Positions 7,378-15,360 of a stretch of 32,621 nt of DNA are shown here, piece by piece; within the stretch, counting starts at the first letter, position 1, and each line of letters opens with the position of its first letter. The translations under genes were made by a program, and so were the position numbers. Source of the stretch: a virus (taxonomy: Duplodnaviria; Caudoviricetes). The notes beneath the pieces are model-generated. The model was not told where the DNA came from, did not search any database, and saw only the letters and a list, made by a program, of their open reading frames with translations. The stretch lies in the IMG/VR virus record IMGVR_UViG_3300032272_000049, positions 1-32,621 of that record, one strand, 5' to 3'.

Positions 7378-7781
7378 TCCGAAACAACAACCATGCCGGA
7401 TACCTGGTATCGAATGCCATCATCGCCTGACCATTCCCAGCTTGCCTTTAGCTTATCACCTTTTTCAAGTTCAGGGCAGTCATCGCCAACCCATTCATCT
7501 AGGCTCATTGTCAAAACGCTGTCTTGTTCATAAATACCAAAGCCACCACCGCTGCAAACATATCTGCGTCCGCGCGTGACGTTAGCCGCCCAAGTTGCTT
7601 GAATAATATCAGACCCGAAAACCCTATGCGATTGCGTGACCATTCCATCCTCATATTCAATGGATATAAGCCGCATTCCAACTGTGTCTTTTTCGATATA
7701 GTCACCAACAAGAGACCCGGCACCAAGGCCAGCCAGTGTCATACAACCAACAATACAAGCCTCTGCTATTCGTGTAATCAT
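7374..7781 (-). CDS. Membrane-anchored periplasmic protein (N-terminal TM, Cys pair), lysis-cassette associated
   Basis: ATGA overlap at 7778-7781; Gly-rich hydrophobic N-terminus; soluble acidic domain with two Cys. Confidence 0.65.
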   Translation of the reverse strand: MITRIAEACIVGCMTLAGLGAGSLVGDYIEKDTVGMRLISIEYEDGMVTQSHRVFGSDIIQATWAANVTRGRRYVCSGGGFGIYEQDSVLTMSLDEWVGDDCPELEKGDKLKASWEWSGDDGIRYQVSGMVVVSD

Positions 7782-8053
7782 TGCAGATACCCCCACGCCA
7801 AAAGGATTTCTTTGCCAAACATTGCCATACCGCCAGCGAATCCCATTGCTAAAACCTTCCAGTTACTGAACACGAATACAGGAAACTTGACAACAAACCA
7901 TCCATCATTTGCCTTTTTGACGCCATCTAAAACTTCTTGCCACTGTTCAAACATTACATGCGCTTTACCAACGCCCGACCATATGTGATTATGATCTTCT
8001 TTTGTTTCAGCCGGGGTTCCACGGGTTGTTAAGTCCTTGTTATTCTCACCCAT
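7778..8053 (-). CDS. Small membrane protein, holin-like candidate
   Basis: Hydrophilic N-half, hydrophobic C-half, adjacent to spanins. Confidence 0.55.
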   Translation of the reverse strand: MGENNKDLTTRGTPAETKEDHNHIWSGVGKAHVMFEQWQEVLDGVKKANDGWFVVKFPVFVFSNWKVLAMGFAGGMAMFGKEILLAWGYLQ

Positions 8054-8155
8054 GTTAAGCCCCGATTGTAAAAAAGTACATCTATCTAATAGTTAGCATC
8101 TTATACGCTATACACAATTATAGCGATAGCCTCGACTTTGCCGTTCGCGCAAGAT

Positions 8156-8356
8156 TCATATTCCTTTGCAGCCTGCATCAATTTGTGAAATCAAAACGCG
8201 GCCTGTTGAAACTGATAGGTCCCCCCCATCAATCCCCAAGGCTTCTGCGTGCTGGTTGCGGCTTTCCGCTGTCCGGTCACAAAGGACCTTAAGACTTCCC
8301 GCGGTTGCGCAACCACTCACGATCAGCATTAGCATCACCTTTGCCAGTATCCGCAT
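8156..8356 (-). CDS. o-spanin (Rz1-like) lipoprotein
   Basis: Lipobox IVSG-C after a basic/hydrophobic leader; overlaps the i-spanin 3' end; extra Cys residues. Confidence 0.8.
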   Translation of the reverse strand: MRILAKVMLMLIVSGCATAGSLKVLCDRTAESRNQHAEALGIDGGDLSVSTGRVLISQIDAGCKGI

Positions 8357-8522
8357 CGTTTATCCTTTCATTTGTATCTGCCGCTTCTTCAAGCTTCTTT
8401 GTCTTTTCATGGCCTGTTGCAAGCTTATATCCTGCAAGGAATATTGCGCCAACAGCTAAGGCCGCCGCGCCTATTTGGCGGGCAAGCTTGCTTTGAAATA
8501 TGCCAAGTATCCATAAGGGCAT
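8289..8522 (-). CDS. i-spanin (Rz-like)
   Basis: N-terminal TM plus short charged periplasmic helix ending REWLRNR; overlaps the lipoprotein gene. Confidence 0.75.
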   Translation of the reverse strand: MPLWILGIFQSKLARQIGAAALAVGAIFLAGYKLATGHEKTKKLEEAADTNERINDADTGKGDANADREWLRNRGKS

Positions 8523-8734
8523 TATCCCACCGCCTTCCTCAAACCAATTCCGGCAAGCCCGCCGTTAATAAGAATAAACGGCTGCACGTTGCCTGTAAGA
8601 GAATTGACAACAGCAACCCATTCGGCCAACCCATGCATATTTTGAAAAGCCAAAAACAGCCCTAACGCAAGCGGTGTAAACGACATCCACCACGTTAATG
8701 ACTTCAATTTGATGTATTCCAGTAAGCGTCTCAT
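8522..8734 (-). CDS. Putative holin
   Basis: 70 aa with 2 or more hydrophobic segments, between endolysin and spanins. Confidence 0.7.
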   Translation of the reverse strand: MRRLLEYIKLKSLTWWMSFTPLALGLFLAFQNMHGLAEWVAVVNSLTGNVQPFILINGGLAGIGLRKAVG

Positions 8735-9279
8735 GTCTTTCTCCTAAGTTTACCCGCTATGGCCGATTTAAGCCACGATAGCAGGCTTTGACGCGGTTTT
8801 ACATACAACGGTGGCATAATCCCTCGTAACCCGTCTGACACGGCTTTTATTTGGGCGACACGCGCCTGTGTTCCTGCACCGTATTTATAATACCAGAACA
8901 TTGCGGCCCGCTTCGATGGTGGCTTGGCCCATTCGTCAAGATGAATGCCGCCGCCGCGCATTTCCAAGCCCACCCCGCCTATCTTTTTTGCGGCCCAATA
9001 TTGAGCAAGTGGCGCGAGGTCAGACCCGACAACTTGGTCCATTGTGTCCTTGTGGTAAATATGAACGTCTGCGGCGCGTCCGCCATTGCCATAATCATCG
9101 TGGCGAACTGTTCCGGTGCGTTTACCTTGCCCCGGCCGTGGTTGGCCGCCGCTGTAAATATGCCCAATGTAATCAGGCCCGAAAACTGCAAAAATCCCGT
9201 TGGATATTTGGCTGAATAAATAAACTGTCACAGGCCGGTTTCGTGTCTTGCTTTTGTTCCTATAGAATAGATTGTTCAT
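8731..9279 (-). CDS. Endolysin, peptidase M15-like Zn peptidase
   Basis: SGGQ...RHD..GRAAD...GIHLD (H, D, H ligand pattern); position in the lysis cassette. Confidence 0.75.
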   Translation of the reverse strand: MNNLFYRNKSKTRNRPVTVYLFSQISNGIFAVFGPDYIGHIYSGGQPRPGQGKRTGTVRHDDYGNGGRAADVHIYHKDTMDQVVGSDLAPLAQYWAAKKIGGVGLEMRGGGIHLDEWAKPPSKRAAMFWYYKYGAGTQARVAQIKAVSDGLRGIMPPLYVKPRQSLLSWLKSAIAGKLRRKT

Positions 9280-9330
9280 TTCTTCGATCGCACTTCTTCT
9301 TGTTACGCAGAATTATCCATGCTGTTCATA

Positions 9331-9750
9331 TCAAGTATCCTTTGCCGCTAACCAGAGCGGGGCAAGGGTTGCTTCGCTTAGGTCCACATCATCTGGGATC
9401 AACGCCTTAACCGTTGGACTATTTAAGAAAAACAGCACTCGCTCAAAGCGGTATGTAGAACGGTGCCGCAATTCATTTTTAATACGGTTGGCTTTACGGT
9501 TATCTGTGGTTGCAATCGCTGTGATGATGTTCGCACCGATTACATCAAAGCCGTTGTCGTCCATGAAGTTGTTAAATTGATAGGGTGACAGGTTGTGGTC
9601 GCGCGGGTCTGTTGATACGGCCATAGTAGGCTTGACGCCCTCAACCAAACCGCGTTTTTGTGCTAATGCATTGAATTGCTCATCTGTTGCGACGTGCATT
9701 CCTGCATATGTTCCGTCTAACTTGTAAGCGTGAATTTCGCGCTGTTCCAT
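9331..9750 (-). CDS. Tail-fibre-associated protein (possible assembly chaperone)
   Basis: TAATG-coupled to the fibre gene (start moved to 9750); LWLAA C-terminus typical of fibre-adjacent proteins. Confidence 0.55.
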   Translation of the reverse strand: MEQREIHAYKLDGTYAGMHVATDEQFNALAQKRGLVEGVKPTMAVSTDPRDHNLSPYQFNNFMDDNGFDVIGANIITAIATTDNRKANRIKNELRHRSTYRFERVLFFLNSPTVKALIPDDVDLSEATLAPLWLAAKDT

Positions 9751-11033
9751 TATAAGCTCGCTCTCATTATAAGTTTCCAATTTGCCACCGTTATATTTGA
9801 GGACGCGAAAGTGGTTTTATCTGAAACGGTAACAATACTCGCCACTAATACCCTAACTGTTGTGTCCCCGTCTATAACTTTGGCTATTCCTTGGTTGGCG
9901 CTTGCTGGATGGGGACCAAATGCTTCATCGCCCACGGAATAGTTAAACTCTGCTATTTTACAAATTAAGGAAAATTCCATGTTTTTAGCTCGCCCCCCAA
10001 GCCCGTGTGTGAATGAAATAGGACTTCCCTTTACAATAGTTGTTTCCAGGCTTTCGTATCCCCATTTACCGCCGCCTAACGCGGATCCGTCCGCGCGTTG
10101 GTAATCAAACATACGCCAAGCACCAGCCGCATATTTTTCCCACCCGAAAGTATCCCCCGCGGCTGTCGTAATGTCGGCCCCTGTCTTACATTGCAGATTA
10201 GCGGAATGCGTAAAGGTAAAGATGCCGATAGCCCTACCTCTGAATTTAGACCCTACAGGCCAAGCGTCCGCTGTATCTTCAATGGTTGCAACTGTTGTTG
10301 TGCCTGTGAAATCAAACGAATTACCGTCGCGTAAAACAAGGGCTTCCGTTGCCGTTGCCACATCCGCACCTTTGGATTCATCAATCGGGAAAGAATTTGT
10401 GTCCAAGGCACCGCCGAGTTGCGGCATTGTATCGTCTGCCACATTATCTAATGTTCCGTCCCCCGTGCCTGCCCCAAGTGTTGCTCTCGCCGCTGCCGCT
10501 GTTTCGTCGTCTAAGACAGTCGCCATAAATGTAGAGACAGGAATTTCCGTGACAGTTCCCGCTATAGCTATAGGGTTCTTAGAGGCATCAAAACCAAGGA
10601 AGGTGCTGGCCCGATCAAAAGGAATTTCAAGAGATGCCGTATCAGATGCAGTAACCCGAAGTGACCGTTCGGATATTTCGCTTGTTTGTTGTGCCATGCG
10701 CGTCAACCTATCAAGGGCCGTTTCGTGGGTTTCAGCTGGGAATGGATCGTTCCCCGTGTAATCCGTGCCTTGTGTCTCTGGGATAGCCCCGACTATTGTT
10801 AACTTCTCACCAACGGCAGGCGCAACAATCATTGTTACTGTGCCGCCGGCTTCCGTGCCTGTATTAGAAACCGTGTAATTTGTGGTTAAGGTTTGGACGG
10901 TTTCAACATTACTTGCGTCAAGAAGAATAACTTCAAGGTCAGTGTCATCAAAGAAACGAAACTCATAAGCAAATGGAAGAGTGCCGCCATCCCCGTTGTA
11001 TTGAACCTTGTTACCTGTTTTTCCGATTGTCAT
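9750..11033 (-). CDS. Tail fibre protein with T7 gp17-like N-terminal attachment domain
   Basis: YNGDG..F.Y.F.F.D..DLEV, E.ALDRLT..AQQ N-domain; modular distal part. Confidence 0.88.
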   Translation of the reverse strand: MTIGKTGNKVQYNGDGGTLPFAYEFRFFDDTDLEVILLDASNVETVQTLTTNYTVSNTGTEAGGTVTMIVAPAVGEKLTIVGAIPETQGTDYTGNDPFPAETHETALDRLTRMAQQTSEISERSLRVTASDTASLEIPFDRASTFLGFDASKNPIAIAGTVTEIPVSTFMATVLDDETAAAARATLGAGTGDGTLDNVADDTMPQLGGALDTNSFPIDESKGADVATATEALVLRDGNSFDFTGTTTVATIEDTADAWPVGSKFRGRAIGIFTFTHSANLQCKTGADITTAAGDTFGWEKYAAGAWRMFDYQRADGSALGGGKWGYESLETTIVKGSPISFTHGLGGRAKNMEFSLICKIAEFNYSVGDEAFGPHPASANQGIAKVIDGDTTVRVLVASIVTVSDKTTFASSNITVANWKLIMRASL

Positions 11034-13561
11034 TTAAAACCGCCTCCGCGTTTAACGGTTGCGCTTGGTGGCAACCAGTAAGTTTGACCGTTATCACGTT
11101 TTACCCTGCGTTCCATACGCTGCAAGTAACCCGGGTTTATCATTTCTTGTAATTGATACCATATCATGTAGTCCAACGCATCTTTTAAAAACAAAAGGTT
11201 TGCGAATGGAATATTGCTTTTGACAATCCGCAATGTATCGCCCCTCACATCCTCGTCACCAGAACGCGCTTTTTGCAACAAGCTCACCAGATCAGCAGCT
11301 GTGCCAATAACTGGACCCGCAGCGGTTTGCAGTGGGCCACCGCCAAATCGGTTATATTCCCCAAATAGGAAATCCCCATAGATACCAAGCCCGCCGCCTT
11401 GCGCCATAGCTGCAATTAAAGTGCTGGTATCTGCGGGCCGTAAGCTTCTTCCTTTGCTCGTCTCTTTTAGCTGCATACTGAAATAACCCAGAACAGACAT
11501 ACCAATAATTGCGTTTACAAGGCCAAGATTCTCACCATTCCCCCGCATTAAAGCCTCTCCAAGTGTTTTGGCACCTGTGCCGTAAACTTGCCGCCCCATT
11601 ACCCGCGAAAGAACAGAAACGCCAAACCCTTTAAACTGGAACATAGACCGCAAGCCCTGACCCACAAGTTCATCAGGCCGATACCCGCGCCGCATGATTG
11701 CCATTTCACGCGCCCCAGGTTCAGGAACGCTAATGCTTGCCTCATTAGTCAATAGGGTAAACAGGCTTTCCCGCACTTCCGTTTTCAGTCTTGTTTGTTG
11801 TGGCTCGCTTAATCCGCTAAACACAGCACCTTTGACATCGGTAACATCACCCGGCATCATATAAACATTGCCGTCATCAAGTTTTTTAATAGCAAGTCGC
11901 GCGACTTCCCACTTCTTCGCATCAATACCGTATATTCTAAGAACGCGCTGTAATGACGGAGGCACCTTATCAAATGACTTCGTGGCATTGATTGCCAAAT
12001 CATTCGAAATCATATAGGTTGCCCCGCGCTGGTTCGCGTCTGTCCACCAGTTCAAGCCATTCAGTTTGAAGAATAACGACATTGTACGCGACATTTTGCC
12101 ATCAAGTTGGTCAGGCGCACCAAACCCACGCGACATATCGCCAATCATTCCGTTAATGCCAACACCTAACTGTTGAGCAAGTTGGCGTTTTTCCCCGCCC
12201 TCCATGCCCTTGAATAATGCACTGAACGCATCACCCCAAGAACCCATCATAGATTGGCCTTGATATATTCTATTAGCCGCCATGTATGAAATGTCACCAG
12301 GTACAGAAAGAATAACACGCCCCAAAGCCGAAAGGGTTTTAACCGCCCTTATATTCGCCATCACAACAGCGGCTGTTGTTTGTGCGCCAAGGTTTACGTC
12401 ACCAGTGACCTCTGCAAGCAATGCGTCAACAGTTACAACCCGTGCGCCCTTGTCTTGTATTTTGTCAAGTTTCGCGTCATCACCCCGAAATTCATCTGAT
12501 AATCTAGCCTTGACACGTTCCGCCATTGCTTTTGGATCGTCTCCAAGTGTATCAAGCAACGCAACCGCGCGGGCATTCATCATTGTATCGGCAATAAACC
12601 CATCCTTGAGCGTTCCATATCCATAAAGCCCATTCATTTCTAAAGCTGCATCAGAGCTTCTGTAAACAAAAACCCTGTGCTGGCTTAACCGCTTGGCGAT
12701 GCTTCCATTGCCTGTAAATCTGAAATCAAAGTCTGTTATATTGTCAGGAATAGGTTCACCACGGCGCAAAAACTCGTGTGCTTTATCTAAGAACTCTTGA
12801 CGCTTTTCGGCGGGTACGCGCATTGCATCCCAGTCAAGGCTGGCCATGTGGTCGGCTTTCCACTTAACGCCCTCTTTGCCGCCGCCTTGGTTTAGGATTT
12901 TGCGGGGGTTGTGTTGCTGGCTTCCAGCATAGCCTTTGCGACGCCTGATATACGCGCCCGCTTGGTTTTTTCTGTTAAGCTGAAGCTCTTGGTATTTATG
13001 GATAAGCTTGCCGATCGCCATCGCGTCAGCACTTACATCAAGCTTACTTTTGGATTCTGGCGTGTTCAAAGATTCAATAACCCGACCAACCTCTAGCTCT
13101 AGTTGGCTTCCTGACTTCATTGAATTGAATTGAACCTGCACACCTGCATCGCCCAAATCTGAAATAAACGCACCAAGCCATGAGTCATTAATGGCCCGCG
13201 ACCTTGCAGCGGTTGAGTTGGACGCGCCACTAATCGGGGCATTAACACCCGCTATTGCCGCTTGCAGTCCAAGTGCTGGATCATCCACAAGCTCGTCAGC
13301 TTCTCGCGCCATAGCTACGATGTTATTTTCAAGGGTAATATTTTTTAATGCCATGCGCTTCTTATTCAAAGCCTCAAGCATTATGTCATTAGAAATGGCC
13401 TCGCCACGCTTAAACATAGCGGCTTCAATAGCGTCAACGCCAAGATTGCCGGAAACCATCTTCTTGCTGTCCTGCAAATCCTCCAGCAACCCCACAAGCT
13501 CATCATCTGACAGCCTGTCCTTGTTTGCCTCGGTAATTATTTCTAAACATTCGTTTGCCAT
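11030..13561 (-). CDS. Large internal virion (DNA ejection) protein
   Basis: 843 aa helical protein; QFK.F and QGGGLGIYGDFLFG motifs of epsilon15/APSE-type core proteins; position before the fibre. Confidence 0.8.
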   Translation of the reverse strand: MANECLEIITEANKDRLSDDELVGLLEDLQDSKKMVSGNLGVDAIEAAMFKRGEAISNDIMLEALNKKRMALKNITLENNIVAMAREADELVDDPALGLQAAIAGVNAPISGASNSTAARSRAINDSWLGAFISDLGDAGVQVQFNSMKSGSQLELEVGRVIESLNTPESKSKLDVSADAMAIGKLIHKYQELQLNRKNQAGAYIRRRKGYAGSQQHNPRKILNQGGGKEGVKWKADHMASLDWDAMRVPAEKRQEFLDKAHEFLRRGEPIPDNITDFDFRFTGNGSIAKRLSQHRVFVYRSSDAALEMNGLYGYGTLKDGFIADTMMNARAVALLDTLGDDPKAMAERVKARLSDEFRGDDAKLDKIQDKGARVVTVDALLAEVTGDVNLGAQTTAAVVMANIRAVKTLSALGRVILSVPGDISYMAANRIYQGQSMMGSWGDAFSALFKGMEGGEKRQLAQQLGVGINGMIGDMSRGFGAPDQLDGKMSRTMSLFFKLNGLNWWTDANQRGATYMISNDLAINATKSFDKVPPSLQRVLRIYGIDAKKWEVARLAIKKLDDGNVYMMPGDVTDVKGAVFSGLSEPQQTRLKTEVRESLFTLLTNEASISVPEPGAREMAIMRRGYRPDELVGQGLRSMFQFKGFGVSVLSRVMGRQVYGTGAKTLGEALMRGNGENLGLVNAIIGMSVLGYFSMQLKETSKGRSLRPADTSTLIAAMAQGGGLGIYGDFLFGEYNRFGGGPLQTAAGPVIGTAADLVSLLQKARSGDEDVRGDTLRIVKSNIPFANLLFLKDALDYMIWYQLQEMINPGYLQRMERRVKRDNGQTYWLPPSATVKRGGGFK

Positions 13562-15360
13562 TATGTCCTCGCCAGACAGGTTGCAGCTATTTTTGATACG
13601 TCTGCGTAAGCCGTAGCACGTTCTTCCATTGCGGTCACGTCATCAAGCAATTGCTTTTGCTCTACGGTTAAGCCTTCGGTTTCATCAATCTGCTTTACCA
13701 TGCCGTCAAATATATCAATGTCCTCTTGAACCAAGCCTGGTTTTGTGCGGTCTATGTTTACAGTTTCATTAAATTGCCTTGCCGCCTTTGCGTCTTCAAA
13801 TGGGATTGTATTCGCCGCGTTCTTAGCTAAAAACTTAGCGTCATTTGTTTTTCTGTTCTTAAGGGCTGTAGCTATTTCCGGTGCGGTCTGTGGTGATGTT
13901 GTGGCGTACTCAAGAGTTTTCCCTTTTCCGCTTGGTTCAATTATTGCAATATCTTTTGTGTCAAATATCGCATATGTTATTTCATCGCCATCAGGAAGCC
14001 TGACCCCGCCAAACCCCTGATTTATCAACTCATCTGTTGAAAACTTGTCGTATTCGTCCCAGCCAGCAAACTTTAGACCTTTGCGAACCCGCGCATCTAT
14101 TACTCTACCTGTTCCAGCTGCACCAACTTCTCCAGCCTCGATAGATGATTTTTTATCTGTAAACCAGATGCCACCACCCGCGCTTTTTTCTATATCGAAT
14201 TGATCGAACTTTTGGTCGGTCCCATGAAACAATACTATTTTAGGGTCAAAGCCTGATTTAGATATTTCGGCGTCAGGGGCTTTCTGTGGTATTTCTATTT
14301 TTGCGCTAGGCTGGCTTTCAACACCCAACACCGTTGCTAATGTGGTTGAACTTTTTAACTTTGCCCGCTGTGAAAGTTCGGCAACAGTTACCTTTTGCCC
14401 GTTAACAAACTGCCGAAGGGCTATGTTGGAAGCCTCTCGGTTTATTTCAGGGTCTATTCTTACGCGCTCACTGACAGGGGTTTGTTTTGGGTCAGCAATT
14501 CCAGCAATTCCTTCTGGAACATCTGCCCGCGATAACACACCGCTAACAGTTCCAATCCCGCCACCAAATGCTGCACCAAGGCCAATGTTTAGCAAGGCAT
14601 CTGACATTGTGTAATCAAGCTGTAATTGTTTAGACAGGCCAAAGAATAAAGGCTCGGTTAAAGCGTTGCCCACACCGCCCTCAATGGCCCCGACCGCCAC
14701 ACGCCCACCAACACGGCCAAACCGCGCCACAGCGGCAACCTTGCCAGCCTGACCAACAATAGGGATAAACATGGTTGCTATTTCAAGCGGGTCTGTTGCC
14801 ATAGCCGCAAGCCCTGCCCCAAACTTCAAGCCTGTTGCGACTGGACCTTGTGGCCCTGCCTGTATAATCGCATTGCGGGTTATTTCAGCACGTTTATTTT
14901 GTGCCAGTATATCAGCCTCTCCAGTAGACATTTCACGATCAAACGTCAGGCCCAAGTCTTTATGCTTTTCGGTCAATGCCTCTTTGCTTTGCAACCGTCC
15001 CGCGTCAATGCTGTCTTGAACTTGTGATGAAACAAATAGATCCTGATTGCGTTGCACGTCTTCGTATTTTTGAATTAGCGCGTCCCTATCATCCCCGGGT
15101 ACAGTCAGTGTAATTTCCCGCGCAAGTGATGCCCCTGTAATTCGTGCTTGTTGCGTTTGTGCTTCACGGTCTGCGGTCTGTTGTGGTGTAAATCCCGTTC
15201 TTTCGTTTAATTGCTTGCCAGTTTCCGCCATCAACTCCGTCATTGTTGGCGTTTCAAAAACAGCACCAAGGCTTGAGCCAAGCGATACGCTAAGACTAGG
15301 CCCACTTATGGCCCTTAAAATTCGGTTGTTATCAAGTGGGCGCGTTAGAGGATCAGTCAT
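13561..15360 (-). CDS. Internal virion protein carrying an ADP-ribosyltransferase-like (ART-PolyVal-like) domain
   Basis: Gly/Ala hydrophobic membrane-insertion segment (DPLE...GAAFGGGIG) followed by FHGT..F..F...GGGIWFT...GFGGV...YAIFD domain. Confidence 0.75.
   Translation of the reverse strand: MTDPLTRPLDNNRILRAISGPSLSVSLGSSLGAVFETPTMTELMAETGKQLNERTGFTPQQTADREAQTQQARITGASLAREITLTVPGDDRDALIQKYEDVQRNQDLFVSSQVQDSIDAGRLQSKEALTEKHKDLGLTFDREMSTGEADILAQNKRAEITRNAIIQAGPQGPVATGLKFGAGLAAMATDPLEIATMFIPIVGQAGKVAAVARFGRVGGRVAVGAIEGGVGNALTEPLFFGLSKQLQLDYTMSDALLNIGLGAAFGGGIGTVSGVLSRADVPEGIAGIADPKQTPVSERVRIDPEINREASNIALRQFVNGQKVTVAELSQRAKLKSSTTLATVLGVESQPSAKIEIPQKAPDAEISKSGFDPKIVLFHGTDQKFDQFDIEKSAGGGIWFTDKKSSIEAGEVGAAGTGRVIDARVRKGLKFAGWDEYDKFSTDELINQGFGGVRLPDGDEITYAIFDTKDIAIIEPSGKGKTLEYATTSPQTAPEIATALKNRKTNDAKFLAKNAANTIPFEDAKAARQFNETVNIDRTKPGLVQEDIDIFDGMVKQIDETEGLTVEQKQLLDDVTAMEERATAYADVSKIAATCLART

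Noticed and set aside
9261-9330. Start-less frame AWIILRNKKKCDRRNEQSIL upstream of the endolysin, resembling a holin C-terminal remnant
   Set aside because: Too short to distinguish from chance without homolog comparison
9331-11033. Diversity-generating retroelement, expected by analogy to BPP-1
   Set aside because: No reverse transcriptase and no template/variable repeat pair seen in the window
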